The position numbers and the translations under genes are program-made. DNA of 64,000 nucleotides. Source: Bacillota bacterium (GTDB lineage: Bacteria; Bacillota; Clostridia; Peptostreptococcales; Anaerovoracaceae). Positions within the stretch are counted from its first letter, which is position 1, and every line of letters starts with the position of its first letter. The notes under the pieces were generated by a model. It worked only from the letters and a program-made list of their open reading frames with translations. It was not told the origin of the DNA and did no database searches. Location of the stretch: NCBI GenBank assembly GCA_030525285.1, contig JAUNFA010000004.1:50928-114927 (forward strand), read 5' to 3'. Positions 18,630 through 27,899 of this stretch are shown in pieces.

Positions 18630-19901
18630 ATGAGCAAATTAGTTATAACAGGTTTGGGAGCTGTTACACCTATTGGTATAGGTACAGACAATTTCTGGCA
18701 GGGTATAATGAACAGAGAGTGCGGCATCGACAAGGTTCCTTCTCTTATCGAGAGCAATGCTGCCATTCAGATTGCAGGTACCGTCAAAGATTTTAAACCT
18801 ACAGACTATATGTCAGGCAAGCTGGCCAAGGAGATGAGCACATTCATTCAGTATGCATATGTTGCTGCCGGTGAAGCCCTTGAAGACAGCAAATTCGATA
18901 TAGGGGCAGAGGGCGACAGAATTGGTATCGTAATGGCTACTGCCCTTGCAGGTACAGCAGATACAGCCGAAACTCAGGAAGAATATTCATCAACCTCACG
19001 CAAGAAAGTCAGTCCGCGTTTTCTTCCCAAAATTCTCGGCAACCTGGGTGCCGCACAGATTTCAATTGCTCACGGCATTCATGGCCCAAGCTTCACAGTG
19101 ACAACCGCTTGTTCATCAGGTGGGGATGCCATAAGCATTGCAGCAATGCTTATCAAATCCGGCGAAGCTGATGCCATTCTTGTTGCTTCAGGCGAAAGCG
19201 CACATTGCCCTATAATAATGTCGACCCTTTCACAGGCCAAGGCACTCAGCAAAAATCCCGATCCGACCACTGCATGCAGACCTTATGATATAGACCGTGA
19301 TGGATTCGTAATGGCTGAAGGCGGTGGCGCAATTCTCATTGAAACAGAAGAGCACGCCCTTAAGAGAAATGCTCACATATATGCAGAGCTGGCTGGCTAT
19401 GCCAATAACAATGACGGTTACCACGTGACTGCTCCAAGACCTGACGGCAGCGGTTCAGTTAAATGCATGGAATCAGCCCTTCGCAAAGCTGGTCTGACTC
19501 CTGAAGATATTGATTACATCAATACTCACGGTACATCAACACCTGTGGGAGATATCGCTGAATGTGCCGCTATCAAGGCTCTTTACGGCATTACCGCTGA
19601 TGATGCAGAATCAGATGATTCTTCCATTGCTGAACGCATGTCCAAGATTCCGCCGGTAAGTTCTACTAAGGGCAATACCGGTCATATGATGGGAGCCGGT
19701 GGCGTAACTGAAGTAATCGCATGTATCAAAGCAATCGAAAATGGCGTGTTACCGCCTACTCTCAACTGCGTTACACCTGATCCAAAGTGTGACCTTGACT
19801 TCGTAGCCGACGGCCCTCGCAAAGCTGAGGTGAAAGTGGCAATGTCAAACGCTCTCGGTTTTGGCGGACAAAATAGCAGCATTATTGTTAAGAAATATTA
19901 A
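18630..19901 (+). CDS. fabF: beta-ketoacyl-[ACP] synthase II-like condensing enzyme (stand-alone)
   Basis: Cys-His-His triad context: TTACSSG, NTHGTSTPVGD, KGNTGHMMGAGG. AAGGAG SD. No other fab genes are in the window. Confidence 0.8.
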   Translation: MSKLVITGLGAVTPIGIGTDNFWQGIMNRECGIDKVPSLIESNAAIQIAGTVKDFKPTDYMSGKLAKEMSTFIQYAYVAAGEALEDSKFDIGAEGDRIGIVMATALAGTADTAETQEEYSSTSRKKVSPRFLPKILGNLGAAQISIAHGIHGPSFTVTTACSSGGDAISIAAMLIKSGEADAILVASGESAHCPIIMSTLSQAKALSKNPDPTTACRPYDIDRDGFVMAEGGGAILIETEEHALKRNAHIYAELAGYANNNDGYHVTAPRPDGSGSVKCMESALRKAGLTPEDIDYINTHGTSTPVGDIAECAAIKALYGITADDAESDDSSIAERMSKIPPVSSTKGNTGHMMGAGGVTEVIACIKAIENGVLPPTLNCVTPDPKCDLDFVADGPRKAEVKVAMSNALGFGGQNSSIIVKKY

Positions 19902-19912
19902 TAAAATGACGA

Positions 19913-19941
19913 GGGATGTTGGTTAGACAACATCCCTTTTT
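19913..19941 (+). terminator. Rho-independent terminator after fabF
   Basis: GGGATGTTG-gttaga-CAACATCCC followed by TTTTT. Confidence 0.75.
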
Positions 19942-20052
19942 AATTATTACAGCAAGTTGCCCATTATTGTCGTTAGTTTCCTTGTTGTTACTGCAATTAT
20001 AGGCTATACTCATAAATATTCAGTTAGAGCTATCAGGCATACCGGTAAAATC

Positions 20053-20928
20053 ATGAAAAGATATTTAGCATTACAAAAAATTGTGGAAGTTGGGAGCTTC
20101 GCCAAGGCAGCAGAACTTATGGGATACACCCAGTCCGCCCTCAGTCAAATCATCGCATCTTTGGAGGATGAAATCGGCATCAAACTGCTCATACGCTCGC
20201 GAACCGGCTCCGCCCTCACAGATGAAGGACGTGAACTCTTTCCATATATCGAAAAAACAATAAATCAATACAATGCTTCCCTTGAAAAAATCAAAGACAT
20301 CAAGGGACTTAAGACGGGTATCATACGAATGGCCACAGTGACGAGCATTTCCATGACCTGGCTTCCTCAGGTTATCAAAGATTTTCATGGGCAACACCCC
20401 GAGGTGGAGTTTATCATGCGCCAGGGAGACTATACCATGATTGAGGAGTGGGTCAAAAGCGGTGCCGTTGATTTTGGATTCGTAAGTCCGGAGCATGTCA
20501 AGGGTATCGAAATATACCCATTAAAAAAGGGCTTCTTCAGTGCTGTACTGCCAAAGAATCACCCTCTTACACAATATGATATTGTACCTCTCGAAGAGCT
20601 TGCCAAGGAGCAGTTCATAATGCTCGAAATGGGTCATCATTCCGAATGTGAGGCAGCCTTTAGGGATCATGCTCTCTATCCTAACGTGCGATACAACCTG
20701 CACGATGATTACTCGATCCTTGCCATGGTCGAGCAGAATCTAGGAGTAAGCCTTCTTGCCGATCTTATCATCGATAAAATGCAGCCCAGCTTTGACATTG
20801 TCAAGCGCCCGGTTACTCCCCAGGTTTCAAGAACGGTTGCTATCGGTTATAAATCCCAGGCGGAACTTTCTATGGCTTCCCTTAAGTTTATTGAATGCCT
20901 CAAGGAGCACCTCAATCAGCTTCCATAA
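20053..20928 (+). CDS. LysR family transcriptional regulator
   Basis: N-terminal HTH LQKIVEVGSFAKAAELMGYTQSALSQIIASLEDEIG. Start set at ATG 20053 (MKRYLAL), not the ORF-track start at 19957. Confidence 0.85.
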   Translation: MKRYLALQKIVEVGSFAKAAELMGYTQSALSQIIASLEDEIGIKLLIRSRTGSALTDEGRELFPYIEKTINQYNASLEKIKDIKGLKTGIIRMATVTSISMTWLPQVIKDFHGQHPEVEFIMRQGDYTMIEEWVKSGAVDFGFVSPEHVKGIEIYPLKKGFFSAVLPKNHPLTQYDIVPLEELAKEQFIMLEMGHHSECEAAFRDHALYPNVRYNLHDDYSILAMVEQNLGVSLLADLIIDKMQPSFDIVKRPVTPQVSRTVAIGYKSQAELSMASLKFIECLKEHLNQLP

Positions 20929-20945
20929 ATGTGAATCATTAATTT

Positions 20946-20974
20946 GGGGGAAGATAATTTTGTTATCTTCCCCC
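20946..20974. terminator. convergent-gene hairpin between the LysR gene and nadE
   Basis: GGGGGAAGATA-attttgt-TATCTTCCCCC. The flanking T/A runs are weak. Confidence 0.5.
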
Positions 20975-21030
20975 GCTTTATCACTGATTTTATTATTGGC
21001 ACCGCTCCAGCTTCTGCCATTTTTCTGGCG

Positions 21031-21792
21031 CTACCACTTCAAACCCTTGCCGTCCTCCGGTTCATATCCGAAAACAGGCATAAGCTCCAGCTTGAATTTG
21101 TTTCTTGCGTGCAAAGCGTCAATTTTGGCCTTAGTCTCAGGATCTTCGCATATACCTTCTCGTATATATTTATCAAGAACCGCATATGTGAATCCCAGAT
21201 TATCTTCATCCGTAAGTCCCTGAAGTCCGTCGATAGGCACCTTGTCAACAAACATAGATGGAAGTCCGGCTTCTCTTCCCACAGCTTTTACTTCCTGAAC
21301 TGTAAGCTTGCTTAATGGGCTGAAATCTCCTGCGCCGTCGCCAAACTTTGTGGCATATCCCACCCAGTCTTCACTGAGGTTGCATGTATTGGCAACTCTG
21401 CCGTTAACCGACTGTGATACCGCGTAGAGGGCTGCCATTCTAATTCTTGGCGGCAGGTTCACCTTGGCCTGACCCTCAAAATTATCAAAATAAGATTTGA
21501 GTTGTCCTACTATACCCTCGTATGCATCTTTGATGTTAACCGTTATACTTTCAATTCCCAGATGCTCGGCAAGAGCGATAGATACGTCTATGTCAAACTG
21601 TTCTCCGTTAGGCATCATTACGCCCAGAACTCTTTCCTTACCTAGGGCTTCCGCACAGAGAGCCGCAACAACAGAACTGTCCTTACCGCCGCTCAAGCCT
21701 ACTACAGCCTTACATCCCTGACCGTTCACTTCAAACCAGTCTTTTATCCATTCAACGATTTCATTTTTAACTTTTTTTGCATCAAATGACAT
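21031..21792 (-). CDS. nadE: ammonia-dependent NAD+ synthetase
   Basis: PP-loop motif VVGLSGGKDSSV plus typical downstream motifs. Confidence 0.88.
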   Translation of the reverse strand: MSFDAKKVKNEIVEWIKDWFEVNGQGCKAVVGLSGGKDSSVVAALCAEALGKERVLGVMMPNGEQFDIDVSIALAEHLGIESITVNIKDAYEGIVGQLKSYFDNFEGQAKVNLPPRIRMAALYAVSQSVNGRVANTCNLSEDWVGYATKFGDGAGDFSPLSKLTVQEVKAVGREAGLPSMFVDKVPIDGLQGLTDEDNLGFTYAVLDKYIREGICEDPETKAKIDALHARNKFKLELMPVFGYEPEDGKGLKW

Positions 21793-21807
21793 CTTAACAC
21801 CTCGTTT

Positions 21808-22752
21808 CTAACAATATTCAGCCCTGAGTGCCGCCTTGATTGTCGCTTCCGTATTAATCATATAAGCTTTGATGGGCTGTTCCATAATGAACTTTGGATT
21901 CCAGTATTTATTGTAATATGACTTCTTCATTTCTTCAATATTCTTGCCACTTTTCTCAAGATCTCTGACGAAGCTTATCACCTGACGACAACTGTCATCA
22001 AACATCTGCCAGTACTTCTCGTTCATGTATTGAGGCAGCAGTCCGAAATGAGGCAGGCATATATATCTGGCATGGTAGTCACGGCATTTAGCCATGGAAA
22101 TCTGTGAATCGTCAAAGCTTTTGAGAATAGGTGTGTTCACATAATCCAAACTTTCGATAAGACCAGTGCTTTCACTGCAGATAAGAAGTCCCATAGGCTC
22201 TATGGCATAAGTCAGCGAACAGTCTGTATGTCCCTTAGTTTCAATAACCTTTATTGTCTCGTCGCCCAGTGAAATCTCATCGCCTTCACCTACGATCATG
22301 TCAACTTTGATTCCGTCTGTAATAATTTTGATTGTGCTGCCCGGCGTATAAAGGTCCCGTGCAACAGTTCCCAGATTACCGATTGCTTCTATAGCTCCCG
22401 GTCTCGAAAGAATACGTGCGCATTTTTCACTTCCCACAACTACTGCCTCCGGGAATTCTTTTTTGATGTAAGGCAATGCTCCCATGTGGTCATAGTGAGA
22501 ATGGCTCAGAAGAATATAGTCCAGCTTGTCTCTGCCAAGTTCATCCAGCTCGTCTCTGATATTTGCAGCGGTATACGGCCCGCAGTATGCCATACCGCAA
22601 TCGTAGAGTGCAGTCTTCTCAGAACCTGTGATAAGGTAGGTCTCCCCGCCTCTCATCGATGTCATTCTGTGCATGCCCTCCGGAAATCCGAACCTGTCAT
22701 GTTCGTTTCCGAAGAACTCAAAAATATCTTCGTCGTTTCTTTCGCAAATCAT
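21808..22752 (-). CDS. MBL-fold metallo-hydrolase
   Basis: HxHxDH motif LLSHSHYDHMGAL. AAGGAG SD. Confidence 0.75.
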   Translation of the reverse strand: MICERNDEDIFEFFGNEHDRFGFPEGMHRMTSMRGGETYLITGSEKTALYDCGMAYCGPYTAANIRDELDELGRDKLDYILLSHSHYDHMGALPYIKKEFPEAVVVGSEKCARILSRPGAIEAIGNLGTVARDLYTPGSTIKIITDGIKVDMIVGEGDEISLGDETIKVIETKGHTDCSLTYAIEPMGLLICSESTGLIESLDYVNTPILKSFDDSQISMAKCRDYHARYICLPHFGLLPQYMNEKYWQMFDDSCRQVISFVRDLEKSGKNIEEMKKSYYNKYWNPKFIMEQPIKAYMINTEATIKAALRAEYC

Positions 22753-22827
22753 TGTTGCTTCTCCTTAATTATGCGTTTTAATTATGTTTCTTAATCATAT
22801 GTATTAATTATTCCTGCTGTACTTTAG

Positions 22828-23859
22828 TTACTCAGCCCTATCTCCCCTGCTTTCGACGATTTCAAACCCGGTCAGTGACATCTGCTCCGCAAGGTGTGCC
22901 TTGCTCTCGGCCGCCTCATCTCCAGTGCATATTTTATCGTCATAGAGCTCATATTTGTTCCTTACATGGGCAGGCGAAAGGTTGGGCATTACTACGTTGG
23001 CCCCTGCCATCATCCCCAACTGTCTGCCCTGAGGATGGATGGTACCCAGCGCCGTAGTCGACGGCAGAAGCGCCTTAGGAAAAAGGTGCCTCAGAATTCC
23101 GATTAACCTTAATGTGAGTTCGATGCTCCCGTCTTCACAATCTTTAAAAGGAGTGTCCTTGTGTCTCAGATAAGGACCGATGCCAATCATGTCCGGCTTT
23201 AGTTCCTGCAGAAATCTCAGATCTTTGATAATCGTCTCCACGGTCTGTCCAGGCGAACCTACCATAAATCCTGAACCCGTCGCGAATCCTATATCCTTAA
23301 GATTAAACAGGCATTCTTTCCTCTTTTGCAGGTCCATGCCTGGTGGATGAAGAATTCTATAATGTGTTTCATCTGCCGTCTCATGACGAAGCAGGTACCT
23401 GTCCGCACCTGCCTCATAGAGTCTCTCGTAGCTCTGTCTCGATCTTTCACCAAGCGAGAGTGTCACAGCGCAGTCCGGATATTTCCCTTTGATATTCCTG
23501 ATGATCCGGCACATGCGTTCATCATTAAACCATCCGTCTTCGCCACCCTGGAGCACGAAAGTCCGAAATCCCAGACCATAACCGATCCTGCAGCATTCCA
23601 TTATCTCTTCTTCTGTCAGACGATATCTGGATGCATTCTGATTACTCTTCCTGATTCCGCAGTAATAGCAGTCATTACCACAGTAATTGCTGATCTCGAT
23701 AAGACCTCTGATATAGACCTTCCGCCCATAATATTTCTCACGAATTTCCATGGCCGATTGGAATAGTTCTCTGTCGTATTCATCCGTCTGGAGCAACCTT
23801 TGAAGCTTCTCCTCCGGCAGATTCCCATCCTCTCTCAGCTGTTCTATCAGTCTGCTCAT
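22828..23859 (-). CDS. hydE: [FeFe]-hydrogenase H-cluster radical SAM maturase HydE-like protein
   Basis: CGNDCYYCG radical SAM motif. Long colinear similarity to HydE as I recall it (LLRHETAD, GSGFMVGSPGQT, DMIGIGPY, PSTTALGT, GANVVMPN). The start codon overlaps the mnmA stop. Confidence 0.75.
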   Translation of the reverse strand: MSRLIEQLREDGNLPEEKLQRLLQTDEYDRELFQSAMEIREKYYGRKVYIRGLIEISNYCGNDCYYCGIRKSNQNASRYRLTEEEIMECCRIGYGLGFRTFVLQGGEDGWFNDERMCRIIRNIKGKYPDCAVTLSLGERSRQSYERLYEAGADRYLLRHETADETHYRILHPPGMDLQKRKECLFNLKDIGFATGSGFMVGSPGQTVETIIKDLRFLQELKPDMIGIGPYLRHKDTPFKDCEDGSIELTLRLIGILRHLFPKALLPSTTALGTIHPQGRQLGMMAGANVVMPNLSPAHVRNKYELYDDKICTGDEAAESKAHLAEQMSLTGFEIVESRGDRAE

Positions 23860-24935
23860 TATATTATCGTTCCTCCGCCGACAACCACATCACCGTCATA
23901 GAGAACAACGGCCTGTCCCTTAGTTATTGCTCTCATAGGTTTATCAAAACATACATGAACCGAGTCCTCTCCTGTAGGTGTCACCACTGCCGGCTGTTCC
24001 TGCTGATTATATCTTACGCGGGCATTAAGATGAACTTGTTCTTCGGGAGCTTTCCCCGATATCCAGTTAAAATCCACCGCATCAAATTCTCTTGTAAAGA
24101 GGTGTTCGTGGACACACAGTACGACGCGATTGTTTTTCACGTCCTTTTCCTTAACGTACATTGGCTGCGGAAGAGCAAGTCCCAGTCCTTTCCTCTGTCC
24201 GATGGTGTACCTTATTATCCCCTTGTGTTCGCCCAGCACATTGCCTTCTTCATCTACGAAATCACCACATGGGTATTCCCGTCCCGTTTCCTCTGCAATA
24301 AACCTGCTGTAATCACCGTCGGGAACGAAGCAGATATCCTGGCTGTCCGGCTTGCGTGCATTGATAAATCCCATCTTGTCCGCAATCTTTCTCGTTTCAT
24401 CCTTGGTCATGCCGCCAAGTGGGAAAAAGGTGTGGGCCAGCTGCTTTTGTGTTAGATTATACAGGACGTAGCTCTGATCCTTGGAAGGGTCCAGTGCCTT
24501 ATGGAGCATATAAAGTCCCGTATCCGGGTCACGGTCAATTTTGCTGTAATGACCGGTCACAATGCAGTCCATGCCCAGCTCTTCAGCCCTGTCATAGAGT
24601 GCCTTGAATTTGAGATATCTGTTACAGTCAATACATGGATTAGGTGTCTGCCCAGTCTCGTATGCCCTGATAAAGTTGTTTATTACCATCTCACGAAACT
24701 CTTCGGTATAATCCCAGACGTGAAATGAGAATTCCAGGTGCTCAGCCACACTGTTAGCATAAAGTGTGTCCTTGAAGGAGCAACAGCTCTTCTCGCCTGT
24801 CACTTCCTGACCTTTGCCGTCAAAAAGGTGCATGTTCACACCCATGATTTCATATCCTGCCTGTTGAGTGAGATATGCGGCAACACTGCTGTCCACACCC
24901 CCGCTCATTGCTATTAATGCTTTTTTCTTTTTCAT
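23859..24935 (-). CDS. mnmA: tRNA 2-thiouridine(34) synthase
   Basis: PP-loop IAMSGGVDSSV, catalytic cysteine context NPCIDCN, and QDICF. Confidence 0.92.
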   Translation of the reverse strand: MKKKKALIAMSGGVDSSVAAYLTQQAGYEIMGVNMHLFDGKGQEVTGEKSCCSFKDTLYANSVAEHLEFSFHVWDYTEEFREMVINNFIRAYETGQTPNPCIDCNRYLKFKALYDRAEELGMDCIVTGHYSKIDRDPDTGLYMLHKALDPSKDQSYVLYNLTQKQLAHTFFPLGGMTKDETRKIADKMGFINARKPDSQDICFVPDGDYSRFIAEETGREYPCGDFVDEEGNVLGEHKGIIRYTIGQRKGLGLALPQPMYVKEKDVKNNRVVLCVHEHLFTREFDAVDFNWISGKAPEEQVHLNARVRYNQQEQPAVVTPTGEDSVHVCFDKPMRAITKGQAVVLYDGDVVVGGGTII

Positions 24936-24938
24936 TTT

Positions 24939-26132
24939 CTAGTTTCCTATCATATCAATATATGCTTTCTCAAGCCTTGCCAAAGCCTCCTTCAGAACTG
25001 CCCGCGGACATGCCACGTTGATCCTTTCGAAGCCTTCGCCGCCTTTGCCGAATATGGTACCACTATCAAGCCACAGCTTGGCATTGTTTACAATAAAAGT
25101 TTTCTGGTCAACCTTGCCCTCGTGACCCAGATTCAGTGCCCTTAGGTCCATCCACACGAGATAAGTGCCCTCTGTTTCCGTCACCTTAATAAGCGGCATC
25201 TTAGTTTTTATATAATCCTTCAGGAATTTGATGTTATCCTGAAGGTAAATCTTAAGCTGGTCAAGCCATGGACCGCCCCATTGATATGCCGCCTCACATG
25301 CACAAAGTCCCATCATATTGACGCCCATAAGCCCGGTTTTGTTCATTTCGTTTTTGAAAGCGTGACGCATTTCTCTATTTGGTATGAAAATGTTCGATAC
25401 CTGAAGTCCCGCCAGATTGAAGGTCTTGCTCGGTGCCGTACAGACTACACAGTTTTCTCTGATATCTTCAGATACCGTCGCCAAAGGCACATGTCTATGG
25501 TCTCCATAGACAAAATCGCTGTGGATTTCATCGCTGACCATTTTTACATTGTATCTGATGCACAGTTTACCGATTTTCTCAAGCTCGTCCTTGGTCCATA
25601 CACGTCCCACCGGATTGTGGGGACTGCATATGATCATAAGCTTTACCTTGTCATCTGCCAGCCTCCTCTCCAAGTCGTCAAAGTCGATGACGTATCTGTT
25701 GTCCTCATAGCGCAGGCCGCTGTTTACCACCACCCGGTCGTTATCCTTTATCACATTAGTGAACGGGTAGTAGACCGGCTGCTGGATAAGTACACCGTCT
25801 CCCGGCTGTGTGAATGCTTTCACGGCTGTGGCCAGAGCGAATACGATTCCCGGAGTCGTCACAAGCCACTGCCTTCTTACCTGCCAGTTAAACCTATCGC
25901 TCATCCACCCCTTCACTGCTTCGAAATATTCATCGGTTATCATTGTATACCCATAAATCCCGAAGTCACAAAGGCTCTTCATCTTTTCTCTGATTTCTTC
26001 AGGCGCGGGAAAATCCATATCCGCCACCCACATAGGTAGCACATCGCCGGGCATATCATTAGCCTCTTGGCTGTCATATTTCACGGAGCCTGTACTGTAT
26101 CTGCTTACAACAGTATCAAAATCGTATTTCAT
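24939..26132 (-). CDS. patB: MalY/PatB family cystathionine beta-lyase (PLP C-S lyase)
   Basis: Class I/II aminotransferase fold. N-terminal DFDTVVSRYSTGSVKYD and SPHNPVGRVW motifs are typical of PatB/MalY. Confidence 0.8.
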   Translation of the reverse strand: MKYDFDTVVSRYSTGSVKYDSQEANDMPGDVLPMWVADMDFPAPEEIREKMKSLCDFGIYGYTMITDEYFEAVKGWMSDRFNWQVRRQWLVTTPGIVFALATAVKAFTQPGDGVLIQQPVYYPFTNVIKDNDRVVVNSGLRYEDNRYVIDFDDLERRLADDKVKLMIICSPHNPVGRVWTKDELEKIGKLCIRYNVKMVSDEIHSDFVYGDHRHVPLATVSEDIRENCVVCTAPSKTFNLAGLQVSNIFIPNREMRHAFKNEMNKTGLMGVNMMGLCACEAAYQWGGPWLDQLKIYLQDNIKFLKDYIKTKMPLIKVTETEGTYLVWMDLRALNLGHEGKVDQKTFIVNNAKLWLDSGTIFGKGGEGFERINVACPRAVLKEALARLEKAYIDMIGN

Positions 26133-26295
26133 ATCTATCCTTATTCGTCATATTCTAATCACAACTGATACATTATATCATATATTGCTCGCCTTGATTA
26201 TAAAAAACAACGCCATCCTCTGAGGGACCGCGCTGTTTCTGGAATTTATTTAGAAAGAGTAAATTTGAGTTTTTTCCAATTAATATGTCTGCCTA

Positions 26296-27597
26296 CTATC
26301 TTATCGCTTCGAAGGCCTGGTCAAGATCTGCGATAATGTCTTTGATATTCTCCGTTCCGATGCTGAGCCTTATGGTGTTTTCCTTTATGTTCTGGTCGCG
26401 CAATTCCTCTTCAGTCAGCTGACTGTGGGTAGTTGTTGCCGGATGGATGACAAGAGATTTGACATCCGCAACGTTGGCCAACAGTGAGAAAATCTCAAGG
26501 GCATCAATAAATTTATGTGCTTCTTCTCTGCCACCCTTGATTTCAAAGGTGAATATGCTTGCCCCACCTTCAGGAAAATATTTCTCATAAAGCTTATGAT
26601 CCGGGTGATCCTCAAGAGACGGATGGTTAACCTTGACAACCAGTGGATGATTGTTGAGATATTCCACAACCTTAGCAGTATTCTGATTGTGCCTTTCAAT
26701 TCTCAGAGAAAGTGTCTCTGTTCCCTGCAGCAGGAGGAAAGCTGCGAAAGGTGACAGTGTGGCTCCTGTATCTCTGAGAAGAATTGCTCTGATATATGTC
26801 ACGAAGGCTGCCGGACCTGCCGCATCGGTGAATCTGACACCATGATAGCTTGGGTTAGGTTCCGAAATCCACGGATACCTGCCGCTTGCAGCCCAGTCAT
26901 AGTTGCCGCTATCAACGATAACTCCGCCAAGTGTCGTGCCGTGTCCACCTATGAATTTAGTAGCTGAATGAACTACTATGTCGGCACCGTGTTCTATTGG
27001 TCTTATCAGATACGGCGTTCCGAAGGTGTTGTCAATTACTACCGGAAGATTATGCTTGTGAGCAATTGCCGAAATCTCATCGATATCAACAATGTCACTG
27101 TTAGGGTTACCTAATGTTTCAAGATATACTGCCTTGGTCTCAGGTCTTATGGCAGCTTCCACCTCTTCAGAATTGTGAGCATCCACGAAGGTAGCATCAA
27201 TGCCATATAGCTTCAAAGTGTGTGCCAGCAGATTGTAGGTTCCTCCATAGATTGTCTTCTGTACGACAATATGTTCTCCCTGTCTTGCCAGTGCCTGAAT
27301 TGTATATGTGATCGCTGCTGCTCCCGATGCAACCGCCAGTCCTGCTACACCGCCTTCCAGTGCTGCAATTCTGTCCTCGAATACACCCTGAGTCGAGTTA
27401 GTCAGTCGTCCATATATATTTCCTGCATCGGCCAGTCCGAACCTGTCGGCAGCATGCTGTGAATCTCTGAATACGTAGGACGTAGTCGCATAGATTGGAA
27501 CCGCTCTCGCATCGGAAGCCGGATCCGGTGTTTCCTGTCCTATATGAAGCTGTTTTGTTTCGAATGACCATTTGCTTGTATCTTTAACTGTTGCCAT
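26296..27597 (-). CDS. metY: O-acetylhomoserine aminocarboxypropyltransferase / cysteine synthase family protein
   Basis: Cys/Met-metabolism PLP family. PLP lysine context HSATKFIGGHGT. 433 aa. Confidence 0.88.
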   Translation of the reverse strand: MATVKDTSKWSFETKQLHIGQETPDPASDARAVPIYATTSYVFRDSQHAADRFGLADAGNIYGRLTNSTQGVFEDRIAALEGGVAGLAVASGAAAITYTIQALARQGEHIVVQKTIYGGTYNLLAHTLKLYGIDATFVDAHNSEEVEAAIRPETKAVYLETLGNPNSDIVDIDEISAIAHKHNLPVVIDNTFGTPYLIRPIEHGADIVVHSATKFIGGHGTTLGGVIVDSGNYDWAASGRYPWISEPNPSYHGVRFTDAAGPAAFVTYIRAILLRDTGATLSPFAAFLLLQGTETLSLRIERHNQNTAKVVEYLNNHPLVVKVNHPSLEDHPDHKLYEKYFPEGGASIFTFEIKGGREEAHKFIDALEIFSLLANVADVKSLVIHPATTTHSQLTEEELRDQNIKENTIRLSIGTENIKDIIADLDQAFEAIR

Positions 27598-27777
27598 GAT
27601 TAATACCTCTCTGTTATCTTGTGAATTATTTTAAATACGTTGCCGGTGTCACCTGCTGTGACCCATTCAGAAGATTAACAGATACACATTCGATCATCCC
27701 TGTTGATTCGTACAATGTAGTCGATATACATAATCATTTCGCCTTTCCTTGTTTTCCTATTGCTTTAGTATGGTTTG

Positions 27778-27806
27778 ATGTTAGCACTATGCGTATTACT
27801 TGTCAA
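27778..27806 (-). promoter_or_regulatory. candidate metY promoter (implies a leader of about 170 nt)
   Basis: Minus strand: TTGACA (27806-27801), 17 nt, TAACAT (27783-27778). Confidence 0.4.
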
Positions 27807-27899
27807 TATGGAATTAGGATAAATTTTTATATTTTTGTAAATTATAATACGGCCCCAGACAATGGATAATGTCCGCACCCTCAATTCAATCAGCGAAAC

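Noticed and set aside
25281-26039. 252-aa plus-strand ORF inside patB
   Set aside because: Antisense shadow ORF of a strongly supported PLP enzyme gene. No SD and no recognisable motif.
27598-27806. SAM-I (S-box) or Met T-box identity for the metY leader
   Set aside because: The conserved core strings of both classes are absent. Only loose resemblances exist (ACACCGGCAACG, AATGGGT). I keep it as an open question in the findings rather than as an annotation.
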